A DNA stretch of 64,000 nucleotides from an uncultured cyanobacterium (GCA_963706595.1 OY970166.1:5280001-5344000), one strand, 5' to 3'; counted from the first letter of the stretch, positions 22,501-30,983 are shown. Numbers and translations: made by a program. Notes: generated by a model from the sequence alone, not told the origin.

Positions 22501-23057
22501 TTTTTTAAATCTGCTTTATCTAACGAATACCAAATATCTTGTGCATAATCGAGTTCCTTGTATCCGTTAGCTTCTGGCCTTTCTGATAACCATTGATGTA
22601 CAGCAGAGTAAGCAGATTCAATCACAGGATGAAAAGAGCGATAAATTTTGGCCTCTTTAGCCATAACTAAATTCGTGAGTTGTTTCGACTTTTGCGCGGG
22701 AAGTCCTGATAGTGCTTGTAACAAGAGTTCCTTGGCTATGTCATTAATAGCCTTTCCATCATTTTCGGCTCTCTGTTTTAAAGCTTCTATGGTTTCATCC
22801 TCTAGTCGAATAGTGACTACCCTTCCTGGTTCCCATAAGATAGTTAACTCACCATTGAGAACCTGAACAACATCTTCAATAGTTTCTAGTCTAGATTTAC
22901 CAGGATTTTCTATTGCTTTACTAATAGAACTGTGATATCGCGAAGCAGGGGAAACATCTCCTCCTATGGCTCGATATTCTGCAAATTCCTTGGCTAGTTT
23001 GTACAACGTCCAGTCCAACTTCTTGAGACGTTGCTCGAAATCCTCTTTTTGTATCAT
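19509..23057 (-). CDS. Large multidomain reverse transcriptase (HTH + RHH + methyltransferase-like + RT + helical repeats), UG/Abi/DRT-like
   Basis: RT motifs NLELAW, PKGSTSSRP, RTDIQAYYTKI, GLNQGTNTSGFYANLYL, YRYVDD (20859-20870), GLAINNDKT; N-terminal HTH, VTIRLEDETIEALKQRA (RHH), IDIGAMGAAS. Confidence 0.88.
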   Translation of the reverse strand: MIQKEDFEQRLKKLDWTLYKLAKEFAEYRAIGGDVSPASRYHSSISKAIENPGKSRLETIEDVVQVLNGELTILWEPGRVVTIRLEDETIEALKQRAENDGKAINDIAKELLLQALSGLPAQKSKQLTNLVMAKEAKIYRSFHPVIESAYSAVHQWLSERPEANGYKELDYAQDIWYSLDKADLKNTAFQFYALFPRYYFEAAHILEKTIQSTKLLNRLKYNPRICLIDIGAMGAASAAFIERILAWKKDEEISNPLEIICLGIDPSIYGFTLYSKLMQEIKENIKSFNIHLEFQPICESVPKGIITTMRYLQKKRIFWEHPVISNLLITQLDIVSSLNQEELFKKQQYEKLKDLGVEVDLIMPDEKEIWQEEALSYKQLLEEVPLENLHLLTVGTKDMDKHIRQNYSYYQLNEGMAEIVKAVEKVINDSHALCKNDNLKQLQQVEFNNPIDSYWFDNNKSHYSSTFPVSFLTITNREVEQDKNWAGVIDLKNLELAWVRARKNVLDEFLYDDIEILLFERHLEHHLREMQQCLIDYCYLIDARKETVSANIPKGSTSSRPKQLSRLEEEILANAIIQVIGQKMELDFYTYKPQKKSYENETEYLYENWWEDWKKFREDVTKSAKRQKNKDGVVLRTDIQAYYTKIKQNKLLDIVKYKLEKDGQSSKRIEWLLRKLIYRDLSYDNSAKIREEIGLNQGTNTSGFYANLYLISLDNNLRNNKQFQLDFYRYVDDIIMILPSADVRYIENVKSVLYDELEKLGLAINNDKTDVYKNINLFLEVFADDDALEKLGKEFNFLMYKLWLMNSNYRTKFRFAHNSEKEILWWQLIKIYQQCLFSINIYVSDTYLSRKIYQILFQQSENTINELKLPHFPNGSNFNIISNWTRSFDNLECLWLKDKKDLKQKILQLFYNSLASLREVIAQRKSRTPSTNEEKRKLKIKQRKEETHLRFAINKLSILGFNKEFYDAWQEFDDVWIEIVKLICDEELFVIRDLLDVILSLARQGYTEAIKQLQEEYINKTNETSNYLRAVILEAMRFLPNLDVKDWEFIFKSAIEGKSDIERLKATETWLYLGSVAKQFEDHQTIQSICDILASSPQIITRIKKNYILILGLHDPAKLASLSNLEDLCKATDYLISDSCKLALDGKVSVLFDQDEPALVRSYYSLKQSSSREDKPYKSLGI

Positions 23058-23096
23058 TTTTGTCTGCTCCCCTATGTGTTGGCTGTTGATAAACTC

Positions 23097-23125
23097 AGCT
23101 TATCCCCATTTATGTATTACGTCAA
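23097..23125 (-). promoter_or_regulatory. Sigma70-type promoter of the RT gene
   Basis: Minus strand TTGACG-17 nt-TAAGCT; GGGAG RBS at ~23068-23072. Confidence 0.6.
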
Positions 23126-23164
23126 TGATATAGTTTACTAAAAAAGTTGGCGACAACAAAAATC

Positions 23165-23193
23165 TTGACAGTGTTTAATTTGCGTGTAACAAT
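23165..23193 (+). promoter_or_regulatory. Possible divergent promoter
   Basis: TTGACA-17 nt-AACAAT (imperfect -10). Confidence 0.4.
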
Positions 23194-23349
23194 AGCTGAA
23201 GACGCAAAAAAGAAGGCACTCCAACTTCATTGGAATGCCTTTTGCTCTAGTGAACCTCTCCCAATTGCCTTGGGATGGGCTACTAACTTGCTTCATTTAA
23301 ATTGTTTGTAGAATTCTCAAACTCCGAAATAAAATCAAAGGAACGAAAA

Positions 23350-23682
23350 ATGAGAACTATATCTAACCATGATAACTCATCGGCTGTTGACATAGCACAA
23401 ACACTTGCCCCTCTTCCTGCTCCTCTGCCTGAAAAAATTACATTTATGGAAGTGACGCTGGCTTTAGTCAACGCACAAAACCAACAAATTCAGGAAAAAC
23501 GGGATGATGAGAGACGTGGGTATTTAATGCAAGACATTATGCGGTTAATTGCACAGCTTGGAATTCCCTCTGGTAATCAGCGTGTTCTCAAAGCAATGAC
23601 AACTTCACAACTTGATGCTTATGCAGAGGAGTTGTCTCAGCAGCTAAAAAACCGTCCGATGAAACATCTGTCAGTAGCATAG
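23350..23682 (+). CDS. Small hypothetical protein divergent from the RT
   Basis: 110-aa ORF from ATG 23350, helical; followed by a hairpin at 23698-23728. Confidence 0.6.
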   Translation: MRTISNHDNSSAVDIAQTLAPLPAPLPEKITFMEVTLALVNAQNQQIQEKRDDERRGYLMQDIMRLIAQLGIPSGNQRVLKAMTTSQLDAYAEELSQQLKNRPMKHLSVA

Positions 23683-23847
23683 TACAATGTAATTTGACCA
23701 GGAGGGGCATTTATTATGCCTTTCTTGGGTTGCGAAGTCAGGTAGTGAACTCCAATTTCCCCATTAAGCCCCAAAAACAGCAATATTTTCAAACTTTTCT
23801 ATCATATTTCTCCCCTCCTCGCTTGCGGGGAGGGGCTGGGGGTGGGG

Positions 23848-24858
23848 TTAAACTACAACGACTGGAGTTGTCACCTTTTCCGGTCTTTGGTGGGGAGGAC
23901 GCATTTCTAAGCCCAACAAATTCAGCATTTCTTTGTCAGCGTCATAATCTGGACAGGGAGTAGTGACTGTGAGCATTTGATTATCATCGCTGGAGAAGAT
24001 GGAATTTGCCCCAGCCATAAAGCATAAGGCTTGTTCCACTTGGGAAAGTCTCGCCCTACCAGCACTCAGACGCACGTCAGAATTTGGCATAATTATTCTG
24101 GCTGTGGCGATCATGCGTACTACTTCCCAAATCGGTACATCTGGTTGGTTTTCTAGGGGTGTACCGGGGACTTGGGAAAGAATATTAATGGGGACGGACT
24201 CTGGATGAGGTTGTAAATTTGATAGAGTTTCTAACATCCCCACACGATCTTCGACGCTTTCGCCTAAACCGAGGATACCGCCAGAACAGACGGTGACATT
24301 TGTCTGTCGGACATTATCGATTGTATTCAGGCGATCGCCATAAGTTCTCGTGGTAATAATCGTATTATAATATTCCGCAGAAGTATCCAAGTTATGGTTA
24401 TAAGCATATAGTCCGGCTGCTTCTAAGCGTTTCGCCTGATTTGTGGTCAGCATTCCCAGAGTACAGCAGACTTCTAAACCCATATCGGTGACTTCTTTCA
24501 CCATTTCCAGGACTGTCTCAAATTGCGAGTTATCCCGCACTTCCCGCCAAGCTGCACCCATGCAAACGCGACTTACGCCCGTTGCTTTGGCTTTTTGGGC
24601 AATATTAATCACTGTTTCCTTCTCTAACAGTGCTTGAGGCTTGACTTCGGTTTGATAACGGGAAGACTGGGCGCAGTAGCCGCAATCTTCGGGACAAGCA
24701 CCTGTTTTAATGGAGATTAGCTTACAAACTTGTATTTTTGTTGAATCATGATATTGGCGATGCACGCTAGCAGCTTGATAAATCAGCTCTAGGAATGGAG
24801 TGTTGTATATCGCCTGAATCTCTGCTTTCTGCCAATTATAGCGTATTCCCACCGACAT
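23848..24858 (-). CDS. bioB: Biotin synthase
   Basis: CPEDCGYC radical-SAM motif, YNHNLDT, VRLSAGR, GANSIF. Confidence 0.97.
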   Translation of the reverse strand: MSVGIRYNWQKAEIQAIYNTPFLELIYQAASVHRQYHDSTKIQVCKLISIKTGACPEDCGYCAQSSRYQTEVKPQALLEKETVINIAQKAKATGVSRVCMGAAWREVRDNSQFETVLEMVKEVTDMGLEVCCTLGMLTTNQAKRLEAAGLYAYNHNLDTSAEYYNTIITTRTYGDRLNTIDNVRQTNVTVCSGGILGLGESVEDRVGMLETLSNLQPHPESVPINILSQVPGTPLENQPDVPIWEVVRMIATARIIMPNSDVRLSAGRARLSQVEQALCFMAGANSIFSSDDNQMLTVTTPCPDYDADKEMLNLLGLEMRPPHQRPEKVTTPVVVV

Positions 24859-24981
24859 CACTATCCTTCTTATAAACTGGATTGATCAAGAGCCATGTTT
24901 TGCTGGCTCTTTTAAATATTAGACATCAGCTTACCAAGATTTTGGTGATCTGGCAGATTGATTGTAAAAATTATTACTCTT

Positions 24982-25563
24982 ATGAAATCAGAACTCCCAC
25001 TTATTACGAGCGATCGCCTGACATTAAGAATTGCTATTAAAAAGGATATACCACAACTAATTAAATATTTCTCTGACAATAAAACTTATTTTACACCATT
25101 TTATCCGATTTTATTTAATCAGTTGTATACAGAAGAATATTGGCAATATCAAATTGAAAACAATGTCTTGGAGTTCATCCATGACCAATCATTAAAGCTG
25201 TTTATTTTTCCGCAGAAAAAAGCCACGAAAGTTATTGGAACAATAAATTTTACTAATTTCATCCGAGGCGCAGCGCATTTTTGCTATGTGGGATATAGTT
25301 TGGCAGAATCTGAGCAAGGTCAAGGGTATATGACAGAAGCCTTAAAAGTTGCGACTGATTATGTATTTGAAGAATTAAATTTTCATCGCATCATGGCTAA
25401 TTATATGCCTCACAATCGGCGTAGTGGTAATGTCTTAAAAAGACTCGGTTTTGTGGTGGAAGGATATGCGAGAGATTATTTATTAATTAATGGTAAATGG
25501 GAAGATCATATTCTCACAAGTTTAGTCAATCCCCACTGGAAACCAGAGGATTTGACTTTGTAA
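24982..25563 (+). CDS. rimJ: Ribosomal-protein-alanine N-acetyltransferase (GNAT)
   Basis: GQGYMTEAL, HRIMANYMPHNRRS, YLLINGKWEDH. Confidence 0.9.
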   Translation: MKSELPLITSDRLTLRIAIKKDIPQLIKYFSDNKTYFTPFYPILFNQLYTEEYWQYQIENNVLEFIHDQSLKLFIFPQKKATKVIGTINFTNFIRGAAHFCYVGYSLAESEQGQGYMTEALKVATDYVFEELNFHRIMANYMPHNRRSGNVLKRLGFVVEGYARDYLLINGKWEDHILTSLVNPHWKPEDLTL

Positions 25564-25602
25564 GGGATGAGTAGAACCTCACCCCCAACCCCTCTCCTTA
25601 TT

Positions 25603-25922
25603 AAGGAGAGGGGAGAATTAAGCCGCCGGGAGTCCAAAGTAATTTCCAATCCCCCTGCTCCCTGCTCCCTGCTTCTTTCTCAATCTGGTCTCAAGTTTGT
25701 AGGGTGTGTTGTCGCGTAGCGCAACGCACCATCCTAAATTTCGGTGCGTTAGGACTAAAGTCCATAACGCACCCTACCAAATGAAAGGTTTTTGGACTTG
25801 TGTGTACACCGTAGTTCCTTCCCAAGGAGAGGGGAGAATTAAGCCGCCGGGAGGGAGTCCAAAGTAATTTCCAATCCCCCTGCTCCCTGCTCCCCCGCTT
25901 CTTTTTCAATCTGGTCTCAAGT
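25603..25922. repeat. ~95-bp direct duplication (25603-25696 / 25824-25922) enclosing a REP-like palindrome and a solo MITE end
   Basis: Near-identical copies; GTAGGGTGTGTT...AACGCACCCTAC at 25699-25777; ACTTGTGTGTACACCGTAG at 25796-25814. Confidence 0.85.
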
Positions 25923-28803
25923 CGTTAGATAATTCGATAATTCCTCTAGAGCCATCCATCCGTACCCGTTGCCCATCCTGTAATATCCAGGTGGCATTGT
26001 GAACATCCATGATGGCGGGAATTCCGTACTCACGCGCGATGATTGCACCGTGGGAAAGTCGCCCACCAGCCTCAGCAATTAAGCCGCCAGCCCTGACTAA
26101 CAGAGGGGCCCAGCCGGAATCTGTGTAAGGTACTACCAAAATTGTTTCGCGGTTGATTTCTGGTAAATCTTGTAAATTCCTTACCACCTTGATTCTTCCT
26201 TCGGCTTGTCCGTGACTGGCGGGAATACCCTGTAATGTTTGGTCTGAGTAAAGAGGCGAGGGGGGAAGGGGATGGGGTGGTGTATGCCCGTAAACTAAAA
26301 GGGGGATTTGATTAAACTGACTATCTTGGTCGAATTGCGATCGCCTCAATTGTACTATCTCAGATAAATTTTTCCTGAGTTGAAAATCATCACCCACTAC
26401 TAAGCGCCGCACTTCCGGTAATTCTAGAAAAAAGATATCCCCAGTTTGCTGAAGTAAGCCGGATTTTAACCAAATTTGCTCTAAGGCTACAAATCGCCAG
26501 CGCAATTCAGCCAATAGTCGAGAATACAGTTCGGTAACTCGTCCTTTAATATCTACCCGTCGCTGTACTACCCCTCGTTTGCGCTTGGCTGATAAAATTC
26601 GATTGATGGCATCTCCACCATCTCCATCTGTCTCTGCTCTATTTTGCAATAACTGCACAAACAATTGCTTGATGGGTTGGGGGTTTTCCTTCCAGGTCGG
26701 AACAGCAATATTTGTCCCCACATCACTTAAATAACCGTAATCTTCCAGCAGTTCGTTAAATTCATCGAGAATTTTTTCTCCCTCTGGGGTTTGTGACAAT
26801 TGTTCAAATACTTGATTTGGTTCGCACTCAGGTAATACTTGTTTCGCATCTGCGGCTAAAGCAGTGAGCGATCGCAATGCTGATACTTCTGGAGCTACAC
26901 TGTGATCAATTTCCTCATCTTTGACCCGAAAAATGGCCTGTCTCAAGGCTGCACTCAAGGGCGCTAAGATGCTGTAATAAGTGCCACTGCGGAGCAATTG
27001 CAGAATCAAATCTATTTTTTCTAAGAGCTGGGGCGCTGTCAGTTCTTCTATAGATTCATTTGCTAGTTGTGACAAACCGGGAATAAATTTTCGACTATAA
27101 TCCCGCTTAAAGTCTTTTTCTAAGCTGAGTTCTTGCTTCAGCAGCCGCATTAATCCCGGCAAATTCGCCAAAGTGGACTTTAACGCTGGTTTGCTCATTT
27201 TAGCGCCTCTGGTTAAAAATTCCAGACTTTCCGGTGGTAAGCCCATCCGCAGAAAAATCTGTCCTAAGAGGGATGCGTTAAAATAAGCTCTAGAGTGATG
27301 CAGTGTGGCAGTTTCGGTAAAATCTAATCCCAAGGCGCGATCGCCTAAAACCAAAGTGAAAATATCTCCCCAAACCCCACAAGTTAGGGGGCGATTAATT
27401 GACCAGGTTAAGGGTTGAATGACACCAGGAATAACTTCGGCGGCGATTTTCCTGGTCCAGATAGGTAACAGGGTCGTAATGGGTCGAGATTGCAAAACCC
27501 AGAGATTTTGACTGTCATAGGTCCATTCAATATCTTGGGGCAGACCGTGATATTGTTTTTCTAGTCGCCGGACTAAGTATACTACTTGTTTAATTAATGC
27601 TTGTGGTACTTGCCCTCTGCCCTCTAACTGCACAGAGGAAATATTCTCTGTTTCTACCACAAAAGCGCGATATTGTTCTGGTGTAACTTTGCCGGAAACA
27701 ACTTGAGTGGCGCTACCGGGTAAAGCTTCAATGACAATTGCATCGCCTTGTTGGGTGATGGGGTCGCGACTGAAAGCTACGCCAGAATACACACTCTGAA
27801 TTTGTTGTTGTACCAGTACTGCCATTGCTGTATCTGGTAAACCGCGATCGCGCCGATATTGGACAGCCGATGGATGATTGTATGAAGCTTGGACTTGAGC
27901 GATCGCCACTTTTAATTCCTGTTGGCTGGTAACATTCAAAATTGTTATGTACTGTCCAGCCGCCGAAGCTTGTTCCGAGTCTTCCCCGATAGCCGAGGAA
28001 CGCACCACTAAAGGAGATAAATCAGAAGGCTGAAGCATTGCAATCAAGCCTTCGGGATCATCCGTTGGGGAAATCACCCATCCTTTCGGCACTGGATAGC
28101 CCCAGCGCTTAATTTGAGATAATGTAGCGGCTTTTTGACCGACCACAGCCGGATCTAACTCGTCATCTAGAGAAAGAAGCGAGCGATTACCGCGTAAATA
28201 TGCAAAAGCTGCTTGTGAATCTGTCTCGGCTGCTTGGACTGGCAAATTCAAATCATCGGGAATTTTTGTGTAAATCCACCCCAATACACTAGCTAGGACA
28301 ATAGCCGCCATGACTTTGGGGAAATTGCCAACATTCAGAAGCAAGACAAACACGGGAAACACAAATAAAACTCCGAATTTTACCCGTTGCCGAGATTGCA
28401 GAACTGTAAAACTGATAATTGCCAACAAACCTGTAAATATCGAAACCAGGGGGTCATGGACGATAAATCCCCAAACGACGTTGGTTGTACCTGCCCCTCT
28501 ACCTACCCCATATCTACCTAATACCAAAGTCATCAGGGCGATTAATTCCCAAGCCGATCCTTCGGGAAAAAACACGCGAGACAGGAATACTGCCACAATT
28601 CCTTTGATTGCTTCTGACAAAACAGCCAGAATACCTACTAGTCTGCCGCCATGATAAAAAGCGGCTGAAACGCTGATGTTTTTAGTGCCAATTTGTGATA
28701 ACTGCCTACCTTTGAGGGCGTAGGTAATCCAATCAATAATTGGTAACGCTCCCAAGACTGGACAGGCAATTAAAATAACTAAGGCTCCCCAAAGTTCACT
28801 CAT
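25906..28803 (-). CDS. PlsY-like membrane domain fused to PEP-utilising (PPDK/rifampin-phosphotransferase-like) enzyme
   Basis: N-terminal GTKNISVSAAFYHGG with TM helices; VRSSAIGEDS, DIEW, QSRPIT ATP-grasp; GGRLSHGAIIAREYGIP phospho-His domain. Confidence 0.88.
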   Translation of the reverse strand: MSELWGALVILIACPVLGALPIIDWITYALKGRQLSQIGTKNISVSAAFYHGGRLVGILAVLSEAIKGIVAVFLSRVFFPEGSAWELIALMTLVLGRYGVGRGAGTTNVVWGFIVHDPLVSIFTGLLAIISFTVLQSRQRVKFGVLFVFPVFVLLLNVGNFPKVMAAIVLASVLGWIYTKIPDDLNLPVQAAETDSQAAFAYLRGNRSLLSLDDELDPAVVGQKAATLSQIKRWGYPVPKGWVISPTDDPEGLIAMLQPSDLSPLVVRSSAIGEDSEQASAAGQYITILNVTSQQELKVAIAQVQASYNHPSAVQYRRDRGLPDTAMAVLVQQQIQSVYSGVAFSRDPITQQGDAIVIEALPGSATQVVSGKVTPEQYRAFVVETENISSVQLEGRGQVPQALIKQVVYLVRRLEKQYHGLPQDIEWTYDSQNLWVLQSRPITTLLPIWTRKIAAEVIPGVIQPLTWSINRPLTCGVWGDIFTLVLGDRALGLDFTETATLHHSRAYFNASLLGQIFLRMGLPPESLEFLTRGAKMSKPALKSTLANLPGLMRLLKQELSLEKDFKRDYSRKFIPGLSQLANESIEELTAPQLLEKIDLILQLLRSGTYYSILAPLSAALRQAIFRVKDEEIDHSVAPEVSALRSLTALAADAKQVLPECEPNQVFEQLSQTPEGEKILDEFNELLEDYGYLSDVGTNIAVPTWKENPQPIKQLFVQLLQNRAETDGDGGDAINRILSAKRKRGVVQRRVDIKGRVTELYSRLLAELRWRFVALEQIWLKSGLLQQTGDIFFLELPEVRRLVVGDDFQLRKNLSEIVQLRRSQFDQDSQFNQIPLLVYGHTPPHPLPPSPLYSDQTLQGIPASHGQAEGRIKVVRNLQDLPEINRETILVVPYTDSGWAPLLVRAGGLIAEAGGRLSHGAIIAREYGIPAIMDVHNATWILQDGQRVRMDGSRGIIELSNDLRPD

Positions 28804-28973
28804 TATGGATTTTTAATTTTAGATTTATTTTCCCTCTAAAACCTTAAATCTAAAATTATCAAATTTTTCTGAAATTTTTTGATGGTAGTTAGGGCGCTTT
28901 TTTTACTTGATTGATGGACACTTGGCTCAGGTAGAAACCTTTGTTGCAAGTGTCCCTCTCAATTGTTAATTAC

Positions 28974-29114
28974 TTAGTTTAGCGCATAGGCAGCTTGCAA
29001 CGCCCAAAGAATTAAGGCAGCAATCGATCCCAATAGCAGCACAGTAGAGATGGTAACTACTCTGGGAGAATCTGCACCCTTAAATTTCATAATTCCGCGA
29101 TTTAAATCGGACAT
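28974..29114 (-). CDS. 46-aa single-TM small protein (absent from the ORF track)
   Basis: MSDLNRGIMKFKGADSPRVVTISTVLLLGSIAALILWALQAAYALN*, preceded by AAAGGAGG RBS. Confidence 0.8.
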   Translation of the reverse strand: MSDLNRGIMKFKGADSPRVVTISTVLLLGSIAALILWALQAAYALN

Positions 29115-29606
29115 AGCTTGTAAACCTCCTTTGTTACAGTGCTAATTTGTCCGTTTTGATTGTAGTCTTTCTATTTGCCGATCAAGCTAAATTACAGATA
29201 ATATTTTGTTTAAGCTTTGCAACAATGACCAAAAGAGGCAGGGGAGCAGGGAGCAAGGTGGAATTTTGTTTTTTAACGCAAAGGTACGCGGAGGTTCACG
29301 CAAAGGTACGCGGAGGTTTTTTGCATCTCCGGATTTATGAATAATCTCATAAAAAACCCTTGGCTGCATACCAAGGGCTTGTGTGAAAACTAATGCAATT
29401 GTACTACTCTAGTTCGGTAATTGCCTAGAACTGTGCATCTGCTTGCTGACAAGCAGCTAAACTGCCCTTTTTTGCACTGCTAGAGGCTCTCAATGAGCCT
29501 GCACTGCTGGAGAGTTAATTTCAATGGAGTGAAGTGCTGTTCATTTTTTGCAGAATCGTTATTTGGCAGTTGGGTCAGTTGTTGGTCATTTTAGAGTTAG
29601 CAATTT

Positions 29607-30983
29607 TTAAAATGCTCTAACTGGTACAGAGATAGGCTGTTTTTTACGTTGTATGACAAGTGAAGGTGTAATAATTCTGCGGATTTCATCAACACATTCT
29701 TGAGGAACTTGAAGAATTTTTGCCATGCGGTCGTGAAGTGCTAATTCTTGCTCATCTATTTTGCCATCTGCTTTAGCTATTTCCCAAGTAATAGCTAAAA
29801 TTAATCTGCGTTTGATTTCTCTCTTATCCTGTTTATCTTCATGGAGCAAATTTTTTCTAATAATATCATCAAATTTATCGTTAGAATCTAGTGACACCTG
29901 AACTCTATTTTTATCTTCTTGAGTGATTTGAGGATTATTCAACAGTTGCAGAACTGCCATTTTTTCTTCATCAGAAACTTCTCCATCAGCTTTGAGCATT
30001 GGTAGGGAAGATATAATAATATCAGAGAGAAACTGGCTTAACTTCTTCTCTTCTATCTTGCCAAGAGTAAACATAGTTGCACTGAACACTCCTGTCCCAA
30101 TTGTTAAGCCTAAAGCAATTGGAGCGGCGACTGTACACATACTAAAAGTAGCAGCACTGACAACAGTTTTGCTACCAAATACAAGCGTGTGAAGCGCTCC
30201 TGGGACAAAAGGAGTCCACCAAGCTGCTGGTGCTAAATTAGCAGCTGCCACTGTTGAAGCTAACATTCCACTCCCTGCACCGAATCCAGCACCTAAGACA
30301 AAAGAACCACCCACTTTTTTCCAAGGTTCAAGACTTTCACAAATTGTCTTAATTTCCGATTCATTTATAGTGGTTTTAGCAGAAGTTTTTGGATTTAAAT
30401 ACAAGACTAATTCGTGTATTTGCTTACTGAAGTATTTATTTATCTCTTTTGCTATATCTTCACCTTTTTCAGATATTTTCGGGGCTAGATTATTGAAAAT
30501 GTTTTGAATCTTTTGGGTGATTTCTGCCCATTTCGGACCCAACTGAACTTGTATAGTGAGAATATCATCTTGCATACTTTGCATATCATTAGCATAAATA
30601 GCTTTGAGATTTTCTAGATAAGGTTCGTTAAGTTGTGTGATTAAATCTAAAGTTGTCAAAATAACAACTAAAGAAATTAGTAACGCAATTGGAGTTGTGA
30701 CTGCACCAATAATGGGAACACCTGTAAATGGCACAAAAGAATGAGCCATAAAGGTTAAGATACTCCCTAGAATTAATAGAGCGCTTGTCACATACTTTCT
30801 CGTTTGTGATTCAGGTGCGGCATCTTGATATAAAATAATTAAAGCTTTAATATAATGGGGGATTTGAGCAGATCGCGGAAGTGCAAACCCTAATAAACCT
30901 CCAAGTGAAGCAAAGATAATTGGAATGACAGAGGCAAAAAGACTGGTTACAGCTGGTAAAGCAAGCCCTGTGAATACAAACAT
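29607..30983 (-). CDS. Membrane protein with C-terminal TerB-like domain
   Basis: Multiple TM segments; KADGEVSDEE and IAKADGKIDEQE TerB-type motifs. Confidence 0.75.
   Translation of the reverse strand: MFVFTGLALPAVTSLFASVIPIIFASLGGLLGFALPRSAQIPHYIKALIILYQDAAPESQTRKYVTSALLILGSILTFMAHSFVPFTGVPIIGAVTTPIALLISLVVILTTLDLITQLNEPYLENLKAIYANDMQSMQDDILTIQVQLGPKWAEITQKIQNIFNNLAPKISEKGEDIAKEINKYFSKQIHELVLYLNPKTSAKTTINESEIKTICESLEPWKKVGGSFVLGAGFGAGSGMLASTVAAANLAPAAWWTPFVPGALHTLVFGSKTVVSAATFSMCTVAAPIALGLTIGTGVFSATMFTLGKIEEKKLSQFLSDIIISSLPMLKADGEVSDEEKMAVLQLLNNPQITQEDKNRVQVSLDSNDKFDDIIRKNLLHEDKQDKREIKRRLILAITWEIAKADGKIDEQELALHDRMAKILQVPQECVDEIRRIITPSLVIQRKKQPISVPVRAF

Noticed and set aside
19509..23057. 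RT as a retron, group II intron or DGR
   Set aside because: No NAxxH or VTG retron signatures seen, no YADD/maturase domain or flanking intron structure, and no template/variable repeat pair or avd gene nearby.
19509..23057. RT as a CRISPR-associated RT-Cas1
   Set aside because: No Cas1 or Cas6 domain, and it lies ~18 kb from the cas locus with housekeeping genes in between.
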